This document shows, piece by piece, positions 16,669-30,206 of a stretch of DNA of 64,000 nt. This stretch comes from Bigelowiella natans CCMP2755 (taxonomy: Eukaryota; Protista; Cercozoa). The notes below the pieces were generated by a model. That model was not told where the DNA came from. It was given only the letters and a program-made list of their open reading frames with translations, and did no database searches. Location of the stretch: the NCBI GenBank assembly GCA_000320545.1, contig ADNK01002618.1:1-64000 (forward strand), read 5' to 3'. The translations under genes and the position numbers were made by a program. Every line of letters begins with the position of its first letter. The first letter of the stretch is position 1.

Positions 16669-17104
16669 TTAAGTCTCTTTCGACTTTCCTTCCCCCCGCC
16701 CTTCCTCAAGGACGGCGTTGAAGAATTCCAAAGAAGTCTGGCAGATCCAACACCGTTTGGCCATGAATCCTTAGAGAAGGGGAGGACAGAAAAGCACGGC
16801 TCAACGCAACATTGACAGTGATGTAATGGCGAGGAGGAGGATGATGATCATTACGATGATGACAATGATGATGATGAGATACACCAAGACATTACAAGAA
16901 CATCATGGGTCTGTATATGTTTTCAGAGCTTGTATTGCCGTTAATCATCATCATCACTAGTATTATCACTATTTTCGTTTAATCATTGTAAACTATTATT
17001 GTTTACCCTCCCATCTGATGACATGAGTGCCTGAGCGATAAAAATTAAAAATACAACATTCATAATTTGAGGTATAAGCCCCCCCCGCAACACACACACA
17101 CACA

Positions 17105-17144
<40 letters not shown>

Positions 17145-17351
17145 TATAACACATATCATGATATACACTATGTTACCAAACATCGAAAGGCACTGATACG
17201 ACTCATCCTAAGGCTTCACATCCCTTCCCCCCCCCCCTTCCTTATTTTCTTCCTCCTCTGATGCTCCTAGCCTCCTCACCTCTACTTGTCGTGACGTTAA
17301 TGATGTTCGGGTTGCACAACGGGTACTTCGAGTCTGTTATTAATTCCTCCT

Positions 17352-17398
<47 letters not shown>

Positions 17399-17730
17399 TA
17401 TTAGGAACATCTCGTATATAATAAATTCTCAACGTGTATACTAATATATACAGATATACACATATACATATATACAAATAGATGCGTTTTTCTTTTGTGT
17501 GGTCTTATGTTATTCGTCATCATCGTCATCATCGTCATCATCATCATCATCATCATCGTCACCATCATCATCATCATCATCATCGTCATCGTCGCCATCA
17601 TCTCCATCCACCACGTCTACCACTGCTGCTGCTGCTGCTGCTACTACTACTACTACCCGCGAGACGATTTGGTCATTTAGGGTAAACAAGTTCATCAAGG
17701 GAGTAGCCACCGATGCAGGATCGGCTGCAA

Positions 17731-17783
<53 letters not shown>

Positions 17784-17785
17784 TA

Positions 17786-17827
<42 letters not shown>

Positions 17828-18517
17828 TATATATACACATTATCGGTTAGACCCGTTCTTGCGTGTTGATGATGATCTACACTTCTTCGCATAACCCCTC
17901 CCTTTCCCCCACCACCACCCCACTCCATCCTCTAACATCTCTTTTGCCTCACCTGGGCAGGATAAGTGCAGGTACCTACCGAATGAAGAAGAACAACAAC
18001 AACAAGAAGAAAAATAGGCCGATTAGCATATATCACACTCTTACTAGACACGTTTACTGCTTTTTCTACTTTTCTCCCCCCTCACCCCCCTCCTCTGTCT
18101 CGATCAACGCCGGAATATAGACGAATGAATAGTAGTGACTGTTTATATGTCCGCTGGGCATTGCTCAGAGAGTTGATTCGAATGTGCCTTTGGTTGGTTA
18201 CTTACACACTCTCTTGCTTCTATCTACTGCTGTCGCTGTTTCTGCCGTAGTGTGAGTGGTGGTGGTGGTGGTGGTTGGGTTATTGATGAATCTTAGTATT
18301 ATTATTCTTCTTATTATTATCATTTTATTGTTACTCGTAGCTCTTCCCACGGTAGCCATTGGTCGGAGCCATCAAGGTTGTGACCAAATCCTTGTAGTAG
18401 TAGTTAGAAGTTAGAAGAAGAAGAAGAAGAAGAAGAACAAGAACAAGAAGGAGGAGGCAAAACGACAACGAGAAGAAGTAGGCGGAGGAGGGGATATCTT
18501 AGCACGTGTTTGTGTTG

Positions 18518-18560
<43 letters not shown>

Positions 18561-19697
18561 CGCGCGCGATTAGTTATCGTTATGATGCTTGCTGCTGCTG
18601 CTGCTACCACTAGTACAAAATACTACAACAACAACAACAACGACTACTACTACTACTACTACCACAACTACTACTACGTCCTGACCTCCATGTTCTTTAG
18701 GCTCTTGAGCCTCTTTACATCAACACCTGCGTTTCTTGCATGATTTGGATTCCGGTCGGCGAAATCGATGTAGTTGGTGGCTACCGCGCTGAGGTGACAA
18801 CGAGGAGGTAAATGCATGCTGTACACGTTACTGCACGCATGCAGATAGATATTACGCGTAAGATCTACTACCGGGCGAGGCACTGGGCGATAACCGGCAG
18901 TCTCCTGTCTAAACTGACGATACATCGATCCCAAGCATGCCTGTGATGATGATGATGATGATGATGATGGTGATGATAATGATGATGATGGTAGTGGGGA
19001 TGATGATAATGATGCTGCTGCGTTGTGTTTGTTTTATGCTTCTGCGAGTTTCTGTAAAGTCTCGCAAGGTGGAAGCTCATCGGAATGGTCATTATCACCC
19101 CGCATCACAAGCAACAGCCGCGGCAATCTTGGTAAACCCTCCCATCCGCGACATGTAGTTGCGGATCTGCCCCCCCCCTGCATAAAGAGCATTATTAAGA
19201 CGGTGATGACAATAATTATTACAACGATGACGGTGATGATTTTACTGAGAATAAGGTGATGAGCGACGTTATTAGATGTTTGGCGTTTCATGTGTGCTCA
19301 TTCAAAAGCACAACGACCGGTGGAGAGGCCGATGGCAAATATCTTTGCTTTTGGGTATTTCTTGCTGATATGGTCAATCGCCTGATGTATGCGACAGGTG
19401 TCGTATAGCCAACAATACCACCACCGCAAGCACCGCCAAGATTCATCATCAGCATCATCGTCATCAGCATCATCTTTCCAATCGTCAACTGCTTTCACGT
19501 ACACATTAGACCCCGTGTGGGAAAAAGTAGAAGCACAATGATCATCATCCTCATCGTCATCATCATTGTCGTCGTTATCTTTACTACTGCTACTACTACT
19601 ACTACTACTAGTACCACTACCATCGTGAGGTCTTCGTAGTCGAGGAGGCACCACGCCTTTGCTGTAACGTATGGATTTGGCCTGATAATGATCATGA

Positions 19698-19734
<37 letters not shown>

Positions 19735-19749
19735 TGTTAGTTGCCAAAA

Positions 19750-19781
<32 letters not shown>

Positions 19782-20181
19782 TAAAACCGTAGATGATATA
19801 TATATATATATATATATATATTATACATATAATATGTATAACATATGATATTTGCGCGCATACAACCTACCGCTGTATTCCACAGCCTCTTTTCACATAG
19901 CACACACTGCGGTACCTATGAGAGCAGATATACTCATGTTTATTGAGAGATGGAGAGGATGGGAACACAGAGAACACAAACACACACACACACACACACC
20001 ACTTTTGTGTTGCATGTGGGCAAATGTGTGTGTGTGTGTGTGTGCCCCAACTCATCCTAGTAGCGCCGTTTCTAATCGTCGTATCGAATCATCACACCCC
20101 ACCCCTTCTGAGCGAAGAAGCTCAATGGTTTGCAGTTTGGGTAGCTCATTGGACCTCCAGCAAGAGTGCTAAAAAATGGCC

Positions 20182-20257
<76 letters not shown>

Positions 20258-20578
20258 GTAGTAGATCACGTTGACGAGGACTCGTAGAGAACATCGGAAT
20301 TGTCGTTCGTATATATGCTGCTGTGTATCCATATGTTTGTTCGTCTGTTGTCCGTATGTACACGTTGCGCGAGCAGATATGAGCGGTGTGAGAGTGTTGT
20401 TCTTCATCACATCACCACGCCATTACTACTATTATTACTACTACTACTACTAGTAGTAGTAATAGTACCTAACAATGAGCATGATCGGGGCATCTTCTGG
20501 GAGATCTGGTTGTGGCCCTTTGGAGGGGGGGGAGGGAGGTGGCACGCAAGGTGTTGGTTGATTAATTAAGAGAAAAAG

Positions 20579-20621
<43 letters not shown>

Positions 20622-20782
20622 ACGAGAGAGGGGCATCATCAGCATTCATATAGAATTTTTATCATTAGTCCTATCATCATCATTATTACCTTTCTTCTCA
20701 TCATCATCGTCGTCGTCGTGATTCTCTTCTTCTTCTTCTTCAGAGAACCAGTCCAGTGCAACCTGCTCCCATGATCACACAT

Positions 20783-20817
<35 letters not shown>

Positions 20818-21332
20818 ATGACGACGATGAAAAAAAAGAAATTGATGATGATGATGACGATGACGATGGGTTTGATGTACCTTGCCGCCGTCTGGAGCTG
20901 TCAGGAACTCCCGTTTGTACGTATATGACCAAAACTGCTCGCGGAATAGCATCACTGACCACGCGATGAAGCTGCGGGCAAACATGGGATATGAATTAGA
21001 GCAGCAACATCAACTTCAGAGAAGAAAGGAGGAGGAGGAGAAGGAGGAGGAGGAGGAGGAGGACGGCTGCTCAATCGAAACAATGATATCAGCATATATG
21101 CTCGGTTCGTGTACGTGGTGAGACGTGAGAGTAAAAGCTGTGTTTGTGGGTTGTTGTTTGCGAGAGGTTGATGTGAGTTGAGCGTACGGGTTTTGTAGCC
21201 AGCACGTAGGATGGAACGACGAGAGGGAGGGGCATCTCGCCAGTATTCGGTCATTCACTTCATTCTAAGCAGCACAGATCAAAAAGCATAGCGATGCCGC
21301 ATAGCAGCACCATATGCAGCAGATGATTAGCC

Positions 21333-21381
<49 letters not shown>

Positions 21382-21913
21382 GAGAGAGAGGGAGAGAGAG
21401 AGAGCGTGTATTTGATATTCTGATGTTGGTGTTGATTATCTTCCACGTATTTGGCCCGTGTCTCTCTCTTAGCTTGAATGCTTATTAAATTCACCGAGAT
21501 ATATCGAAGGCTCGGCTTTTCCTCACCACATAAGTAGTAATACCTGCACACACACACGCACACGCGCATACACAAGTATGTGCATAATATACATTTAGAT
21601 TTTTATATATTGAATACGTGAGTTGACGATTGTGTTGTGAGGTTGTTGGTTACTGAAACGCACGGGATGAGTAGAATGTCGCCCAAACACTGGCAGGTCA
21701 TACAAGCCTAAATAAAGTCGTCGCAGCACCCTTGTTAGTTCACCAAATGCCATGTCATCGAGCAATGTTACAAAGTGGAATTTAGTGAAAAGTTAGGTTG
21801 TGCATTCGTAGTACGTATTACCAATTCAAACCACGTCTCCCATGAGTCCCCTCTATTCGAGATATCATAACAATGTTGATGAGTACGATGAGCACGATGA
21901 TAACAATGATGAC

Positions 21914-21947
<34 letters not shown>

Positions 21948-22518
21948 GTGTGTGTGTAATCAAACAACGAACAACACAGCAAAAGGTATTTAGCCACGTA
22001 CCTCAACTCCTTCAAACTCTCATATGCACACCATGTAAGAAAGATCCCAGCAGACAGATTTGTAAGTAGCCTTTACGATTGGGTTAAGGTATGTATTAAC
22101 AAAGAAGCAGCTCATGAGGATGGGATTGAGGAAGGGCGTTGGCAGCAACGACATACAACTTCAGTTTACCCTATCAATGCCGTTGTGGCGACGAATGCGG
22201 AGGCAAAGAAATAGCTTATAAATAACCCACGTGGGACAAAGAACGAGAAAAGGCCTAGCAGTAAAATTACATATTGAAACAATGTTTTTGAAGCAAATGA
22301 GTTCTTATCTGGAGACGTATATTGACGAGGCGTTCATGATTGAGCTTTAAGAAATTCGCTAACCTACCTTGTGGAATCTCGTTTGAGATTGTTTTCCGAC
22401 GTTGGTGTCCGCGGTCGTCGATCTTCCTTTTATTTCGTGCCTCTCCTCCCCTCATCGAAGACGTCTCTTCAGATTTCTCGCCTTTGCCCAAAAGGCTGGC
22501 AAGCCAGCGCGGTAGCAC
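16669..22518 (-). CDS. Alpha/beta-hydrolase of the ABHD1/2/3 (YheT/Eht1-like) family; more than 20 small exons; 5' end uncertain
   Basis: Exons: ILARCPSLSSFHPTCWLQNP, YKREFLTAPDGGK|VALDWF, PEDAPIMLIV, TLAGGPMSY, KGW..|YRSVCYVKRGCG, AIDHISKKYPKAKIFAIGLST|GG (GxSxG elbow), PLMNLFTLNDQIV, GTHVIRWE|GFMAKRCWICQTSLEFFNAVL..* (stop 16669-16671). Confidence 0.8.
17515..17655. repeat. Imperfect (CAT/CGT)n followed by (GCT)n(ACT)n trinucleotide tract, intronic
   Basis: Direct reading. It produces spurious poly-H/S/D/M ORFs in the track. Confidence 0.85.
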
Positions 22519-23571
22519 CTGTAAGGAATGAGAGACGAATCAGAGTTTTGGAACCAAAGTACAACAGAAGTGTAGGCTCTTTCACGTAAAAATGTGAACG
22601 CATTCAGTTGGCTCCAGTAAGTACAGCCCCCCCCCTCCCCAGGTTTATTATTATCTGGGCCTCCACCTCAATGCTGAGCATGGCAGGTGGATCTGGGCAA
22701 AACGTTCTGCTTTAAGACAGAGAGTCCACAAAAGTTCCTTTGAAAAATACTAAAACATCCTCTATTTCATTTGGAAGACTTGCTAATAACTGGTAGACTC
22801 AAAACTTTCACACTGCGATTCTTGTTTCTAGCCTCGAGTCCTTTGGAATTCAAACAAATCGAGGAAACGAAATTTTCTAGGATGTTTCAGGATGAAAATT
22901 GTTCCGAATTGTGGAGATTCGTTGACTCTGGGAGCAGGGAGCCGCATAACATGCGCAAATCACAGAATATTAGGCGAGAAAATCACCATGAAATAACCGG
23001 GAGAGACGGTGAGGATAAAAAGAAATTCGCTCCTCGTTTTATTTGAATTCAAGCGCTGTGGTCAGAGACCCGTATCCAATCTCGTAACCATTTAACTCCG
23101 AACATATCTTACAATTAGTATTTCGGCTGCCAAACTGCCTTCAAATTCAGCCGAAATATAGCGGGAAAAACCTTGTCTTACTTGTCGCAACGGGAAAATA
23201 CAAGGGCGAATCTCTTTCAGGCAGCGTAACTCTCCTAACAACGACTCCCACAATCTTCATACCCAGGAAACTCCCTTTTTTCATTCCTAACGACACGATA
23301 CATGAGTGCAACCCGCGGTGGCCGCTATAATGAGAAAACACGGAGCTCTTTCTTCGAAAATTTCCTCGATAAAAAATTGCCCACAACATCGTAGGTTGAG
23401 CTCCGATTTGCTGACGCCAAGTCGTCCGCCCATTTTGTAATAATTTCGGTGTAAGTCAAAAGTGCGACATATTTTTATCGCAAATCAAGCTCAAATCCAT
23501 TCCGAAGATTTCTGTCAGCGTTCAAGGAGGAGGGGGGAACGGAAAGCAGCCCGGGGCGTGCGTCGTCGTAA

Positions 23572-25934
23572 ATGGTTTCCCGCGCAGAGGATCTTGGTTT
23601 TGCTTGCAACGCCGGGAACTTTGTACGGTGAGATTAGCGAGGAGTAGGGAAAGGGAGAGAGAACTCGTCAACGAAGTGATAATGACCCAAGCGCTCATTC
23701 CGTCATCCCATATCCAGAGCATGTGGCGAGGGCTCGTTACCCGTTGTTAAGTCGCTGCTAAAGATGCGGATAGACAGTAATATGACTCTTACAACATGAC
23801 GATCAAGCAAGAATGCTTTTCTTCGCACAATATCCATCCTGCATGGCCCTCCCATAGTGTATGTGTGCTCTAACCATAACCATCCGCTCCCCTCCCCCAG
23901 TTGATGCCGTGAATGAGAAAGGAGAAACTGGACTTATGGAGGCGGCATATCTCGGTTCTATACCTCAACGCAACACACAGCGCATAATATACCTGCATTT
24001 TCACACATGCACACCGATGTAGCGAGGGAAAGATGGCGGAGGGAAAAGATGGAGTGAAGTACGCGGTATGAATATACGAGAACATAGATGTTTTGATCGT
24101 GTAGGTAAGGTAGATATGGTTAGATTTCTCCTTGGAAACAAGGCAATGGTCAATAGATCGGTAATAACCATATTAACAATAATAACAACAACAATAGCAA
24201 TAGAAATAAATATTATGACGACTGTAACGATGATGATGGTGGTGGTGATGATGATGATGATGATGTCTATACAAGTAGAAAAGATGCTACTGATTCCACT
24301 CTGCGCGGCTACACTATGGTGCATGCAAATTTGACGTGTAAATGTGGGCCACGATAATGAATCATGGTGGTGGTGGTGGCGGTGGTGATGATGATGATAA
24401 TGGCGTACAATAGCATACGTACGTTCATACAAAACCACACGCATATCACGATGAATTCTTCAACCTCTTTCATTTTTAATATATCCTTCTCCTCCGTCGC
24501 TGTTCGTGCGTTTATCATTAGTACTAAAGACTCTTCCTCTCTCTTTCTCTTCCCCCCACTATCTCTCCCTTCTAGGACTCTAGATACGGGAACACCTCAT
24601 TGGGATGGGCAGCGTGCTCAGGTATAAACAGAAGGACAAGCAGCTGGAGGCGGCGAAGAACATCGAATTTGCCACATTTCATGACCTCAATCCACGATAG
24701 AGGCACCACTAATATTAGCTTGCTATATTTTTTAACTTAATTCTTACCATGTGGTGTGCATGCGATCCCCCTTTACCCCCCCCCCCCCTCTCTCTGTGAT
24801 TAAATGCTAGGACGATGCGATGTTATCCATGTCCTGGCACAAGCACGTGCCGATCCAAACATTACGAATAGGAACAATATCACCCCGATTATTGAGGTTA
24901 AAGCAAACTAGTAAATCACGGAAAGGAAGCCGATCAACAGATGTTGATTTTTATGTCTATATTTCAGCAACACAACCCCGCCCCCCACACAAAAACGCAC
25001 ATGTGTACAACATAGTATTCCGCGAAATACACATATTGTTTTAAATACGTCCGCGATTGTTTTGGTATGTTGGTCTCTTCTTGTAACTGCTTGGTTATTC
25101 ATTATTAAAGGCGTGCCTCGGATACCAATGGGATGCTGTTAGGATGCTGGTGGGTTCTACACTTCACGTTTCCCCCTCATTTCACAGATTTAGGCACCCA
25201 CATAGAATCCAATCCTGCGAGTAGTAGATGAGTATACGACTTACTTTCCCGTCTCCTGTTCTCAACTTCGTGATAAGACCGAAATCATCGGCTTTTGTTG
25301 CACTGGGTAGATGCGGAGTGGAAGGCGTGTGTGTGTGAGTGTGTGTGATGAGTCTCGATTCCTTGAAGAAATGTTCTTCTCTTGCAGATAACCCAATACG
25401 GAGCCCATTTGAGAATAGATACGCTCGATCATCGCGGCAGGGTAGTTGTAGTTTGAATGAAGAGAATGAGGGGGAGAAAAATCAATTTTTGAAAATTTAG
25501 TGTTGAGTTAATACATGTATACATATACGGGGGGGAGGGGGTGGGGATGAAGGGTAAAAACGTTAGTTCAGCCCTTCGGTGATACTCACCGATCACACAC
25601 GATGCAATGCAGACGATATGGGGGATCTGCTCCGGGAGCAGGCGCGCGCTAACAAGAGGAATTCGGAGTCTCAATAAGAACGTCAGAGGTAGTGCGAGAG
25701 GCAACATGGCCGCAGTAAGCTTTGCTTGATTTTAGACACGTAAAGCACGCATCGACACTACCGAGTTCTCCTTTTCTTGCCAAGCAATGGTATCGATCAT
25801 CATCGCTCTTCTTTAGCAATAAAGACCTGTTTCTTCAGATGCGCGAGAAGGCTTCGTTAGCAGCATTTACATGGCAAGGAGGAGGGGGGAAGTGCGGAGT
25901 AACAGAAAGGTGAGAGGATGGGTTGATTATGGTT

Positions 25935-25970
<36 letters not shown>

Positions 25971-26397
25971 CACACACATACACACTTTACGTATGTGATA
26001 TAGGAGGAAGCTGATGCAGGCAACGAACAAAAAGACTATGACTGTGCCCGTCAGCATCATTCCTCTTCTTCAGCCCCTTCTCTTCCTCCTCCTCCTCCTC
26101 CTGCGATCTCAATGCTGGAAGCTAGCCCGATGTACGAGCCTAGCTTACTACGTGCGGTAATTCTAGAAGTGACAACATATATCGATGATGATCATGATAA
26201 TGATTGGCATGTAGATATAAGAGACGAGTTGCTGATTTCATCGCTTTCATGTCGCTTTATTCTCATGCCTCCTCTCTTCTCTGCACGAATCACGCGTTGT
26301 GTGGGTACTAGGTATTTGATTTCTTACCACAGTTCTTCCTATCTGAGTCACAGATCGAAGGTCTAAAACAGCCCACGTGATGATGATGACGATTGAC

Positions 26398-26428
<31 letters not shown>

Positions 26429-27240
26429 GGAACGATGAGTGGACATTATTCACAGTAACCATGATGATGGGAGAAGTATGGAACGAGCGAGGATGTGTCT
26501 ATTTTGTGTATTTTCAAAATTTACCATTGAAATTTTGAATTTGGAGCATATGTATTTGGCGTAGAAGAGAGCGGGAGATAGGGGGCGGGATAGATCAACA
26601 CGTATACAATTGGATGCAGTGTCTGATAGCAATCTTCATATTTCCCCTTATGTCAGAACGACTCATCGAAAACATTCACAAGCTGCCCTCTCCTCCGATG
26701 ATCGCATCGTTTGACCCGGAGATGGTTGATGAGGATGAAGAGGATGAGGATGAGGGGGAGGAGGGGGATGAAGTTGAGGTGGAAGAGGAAGAGAATGAGG
26801 ACGGAGAAGAAGTAGAAGAGGAAGAAGAATTCAAGGGTGGGACACGTGATAATCTTTGCAAGATGAACATGGCCAGTCGGCAAGCACACAGCAGCAGCAG
26901 CAGCAGTAGTAGTAGCGACATATCCAATAAGAAGAATAGCAAAAGGCCCATCTCACATTTATTTACAGCCTCGAGCAAAACAGAAAGAAAATCTGAGTAT
27001 GAGACGGCAAGTAGCAGCAGAAGCGTGCTCGTTGATAGTAGTAGGGGCGGTAGTGAAGATGGTGATGACAACGATAACAACGATGATGTGGCAGGGAATA
27101 TAAAGGAGGTTGGTAGTAATAGTGGTGGAAGCTGTTTTCCTGAAAATGAGAATAGTCGTGAAACTGCTAGAAGAAGTCGCAGTACGACTGATGCAGAAGG
27201 AGGAAGAAGTCCAAAGCGAGCGCGTAAGCTTATTAGATAA
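23572..27240 (+). CDS. Ankyrin-repeat protein with acidic/Ser-rich C-terminal tail, multi-exon
   Basis: MVSRAEDLGFACNAGNFVR|ACGEGSLPVVKSLLKMRID|VDAVNEKGETGLMEAAYL|GKVDMVRFLLGNKAMVNRS, DSRYGNTSLGWAACS|GRCDVIHVLAQARADPNITNRNNITPIIE|ACLGYQWDAVRML. The last exon is probably the 26614-27240 ORF; linkage through the middle exons is not fully resolved. Confidence 0.65.
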
Positions 27241-27989
27241 CGAATAGTATAATCTAGCAATGATATGACGAGCGACGAGTGTATTCCTGTTATGTTACTA
27301 TCTGGAGTCTATACTTGTGTTTCGTGTTGCTAATGACTACGATTATTATTACTAGGCGAATAAACGTGTCTAGGTGTAGTCGCACGCACATAAAATCAGC
27401 ATTAGCTAGTTAGCTAGTTAGAGCCGTGTTCGGGTACAACACTTATCTGCCGCGCTGGCAATGCTGACCCCGAATATGTACGTTGTACATGCGCTGCTCG
27501 CAAAAGTAGCAGAACTAGACACAATATCCATTTAGTCTATCGAAGACTAGAAGACGGCATTCGTCTCATATGTGAAAAGAAACATGTACGCAGTATCCAT
27601 TCATTTTCTGTTATCGGCTAAGACAGCAAAGAAAGCTAGTCACCAGCATGCATATGCAGGATGCATGGTCGATCTAGCAAAGCGTGTGTACGTTGTGAGC
27701 GCAATCTTTGGCCAAGTATGCGCCGTCGTGTGATTACACACATATAATCTCGTTAGTTACGGTGAATAAATTTAATACTCCAAACTTCGGCAAGGTGTCC
27801 TCGCACCGTGGGCAATGTATTGTCCATATGTGCGTATCATGACACTGTTCACTACTATTCCCTTCTCACATCCCCTACAGCTATACGTGAAGTCTCCTTT
27901 GACGTATCTCCTGTGGAGGTGGGGAAGCTGAGAAACAAATTGGGACATAGAAACAGCTGGCATGATTTTGCTCGCCTCCTTCTCACAAT

Positions 27990-28550
27990 TTAGAGATAAT
28001 CAGCCTCAAGCCTTTCCTTGCGAGCTTGCTCAATGAGGGGAGTCAGGTAGCGGTGGGGCCCTTGCTTGTTCCATAGATGCTCAGGAACAAAGGAGTGTTT
28101 CAGCTCGCAGTCAAGAGCACGCTTCAATCTCATTGTGCGAAGAGCACGTTCGCGAGCGGGAAGTCGGGCGATGGCGGTGACTACGTCAGGGTCCGTCTCG
28201 ATCAGAAGGTCGTCGTAGCGAAGGCCTAACGTTAGTTTTGGATGTGATCATTATGGAAGGGATGTTGGATGGTGGTGAAGATTGTGAAAACCCCAACCAC
28301 AAGCCCTCCTCCCACCACCCTTTTAATCTGCCTTCTTACTATGCACGAGCACCACTACGAATTCGGAGAAGAGGAAGAAATGTTGATAGTAATTCCAATT
28401 GAATTTACTAAATTCAAGGAGGGCTAAGGGTGCACAGAATTTCACGCGCGTGTTGTTCATCCTCTACATTTCTCGTCCATGGTAAATTATTTTGATCGAA
28501 TCCCCCGCGCTTTCATACTATCTATCATATATGGACACGTGCATCCTGTT

Positions 28551-28588
<38 letters not shown>

Positions 28589-28881
28589 CTTGTGCTTTCT
28601 TTCTGTTCTCTTTCTAAGGTTTTTCTCTTTCCAAAATAAAAACAGAACCGAAGAAAAAACATGATGTAATGGTATGAAAAATATGAGAAAATACACAAAA
28701 TTCAACATCAGTTGGGTTTTGAAAGGTGCTGGTCACGGGGCACTATGACGCAAATCAAGAGCGCAACGCATCCAAAATGAGAATCATGGTGAAAAGACCA
28801 ACCGTATCTGTTCAGATCATTTCTGAGTTTCTTTACGTAAGAATTCTTGACAACGTTGAAGGCACGCTTGAGGAAGGACAT
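27990..28881 (-). CDS. QCR7: Cytochrome b-c1 complex subunit 7 (14 kDa); exons 28881-28803 and 28225-27990
   Basis: MSFLKRAFNVVKNSYVKKLRNDLNRYG|LRYDDLLIETDPDVVTAIARLPARERALRTMRLKRALDCELKHSFVPEHLW..YLTPLIEQARKERLEADYL*. The YGL.YDDL..E / R..R.KRA.D...K...LP motifs are those of QCR7. Confidence 0.92.
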
Positions 28882-30206
28882 GCTAGAGAGCGGGGGGGGA
28901 CAGGGATGCAATGCAATCACAAGACCAACCTAAAACTTGGTGATAGCGGAACAAGTAGCGGTAAACCCCTTTATTATGAATATGCGTCAACAAATAATTC
29001 ATGTCGCAGAGTATTCTTAAACGGCATTTACGACAATCTGCAGAAGAACGTGAGACGCACCTGGGCCGGATCTGCAAGTTTTTCAGGTCTTAAGAATCAC
29101 GAGATGATGTTAGGATCTCCCTTATTTTTTTGTTGTTTTCGAAGATATTGTACATTCAAGGTTTAATTATTAGGACACTAGTTTCGCACTATGTTCAAGC
29201 ATGGTAAAAACAGAGTCTTATTTTTCTATTGCATCTGAAAAATCCGGGAAACCCGGTTTACTTTGATCTAGAGTATGAATTCATGGCAAAATACACCTAA
29301 ATAAGCTGAATTATCGAGTCGTCAATATTAAATATGAATGCCACGTTCCCAACGTTTTCCAGCAAAATATATAGTAAAATGTACTTGGTCTTTTGAATTA
29401 TCGGGATAAAAACCGGGAATCGAGCGGCAATCAAATTCTCTCCATATAAAGGATAACTTTGTAGAACGACATCATTAATATCATGTCGCAGTTGATATGA
29501 CAGCTGGCGCTTCTAAAATTTCGGCTTCATGTTTGCCCCTTGAGCCAGCCGCGAGCTGTACCCCCCTACCTGTGCTCGTCTCTGCAGCACAATTTGGCAG
29601 CTTCTCAGAGATCTGGCAGTTACAATACGTAAGATTGAATCAGCTGGTGCAGTATCATGCATGTCCTCATCACAGAAAAATGAACGGGGTAGTCATTCGA
29701 AGTAGTTTCAAGGTGGGGGGGGCAATATTTTTAACAACGTTACCTATCCTTTTCTCTCCCCCTAAGAGGCTTCATTGGTTACGAACGCGATGGGAATGAA
29801 TAGAGTTCCCTGTTGCACGTCCATATGGGGGAGGGTTGCGCTGTTCAGTGATTCTCATTTTGTTTCCTGTTTTTGGGATATTCATTTTAATTTCATGGAT
29901 AATGTCTGAATAAGCACCCTGGCGTGGCCCTTTCTCAGGTTTAGATTCAAGGGGCGGTTGGACATCTGCCGCATCTTACGAGGGTCTAAGTGTGTTAATA
30001 GGAGAGGATCAAAATTGATACTTACAAAACTCTGCAATAAAAGTTCTACGAAGACGGCCTTCATCTATTCTCCATCATCACATACGAATTATTCAGAATT
30101 CAACCCGCCAAGAATTGAGAGGAGGGCGAAAGACGGGGGTGGAAGATAGTGAAGGGAAATAGAGCAGAGTAGAAGGGTCTGTGTGTACCATCCTGCCTTG
30201 TTTTCT

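Noticed and set aside
28726-29799. ORFs 28726-29166 and 29497-29799
   Set aside because: The first is antisense to QCR7 exon 1 and its promoter. Neither has recognisable motifs or a supported exon chain.
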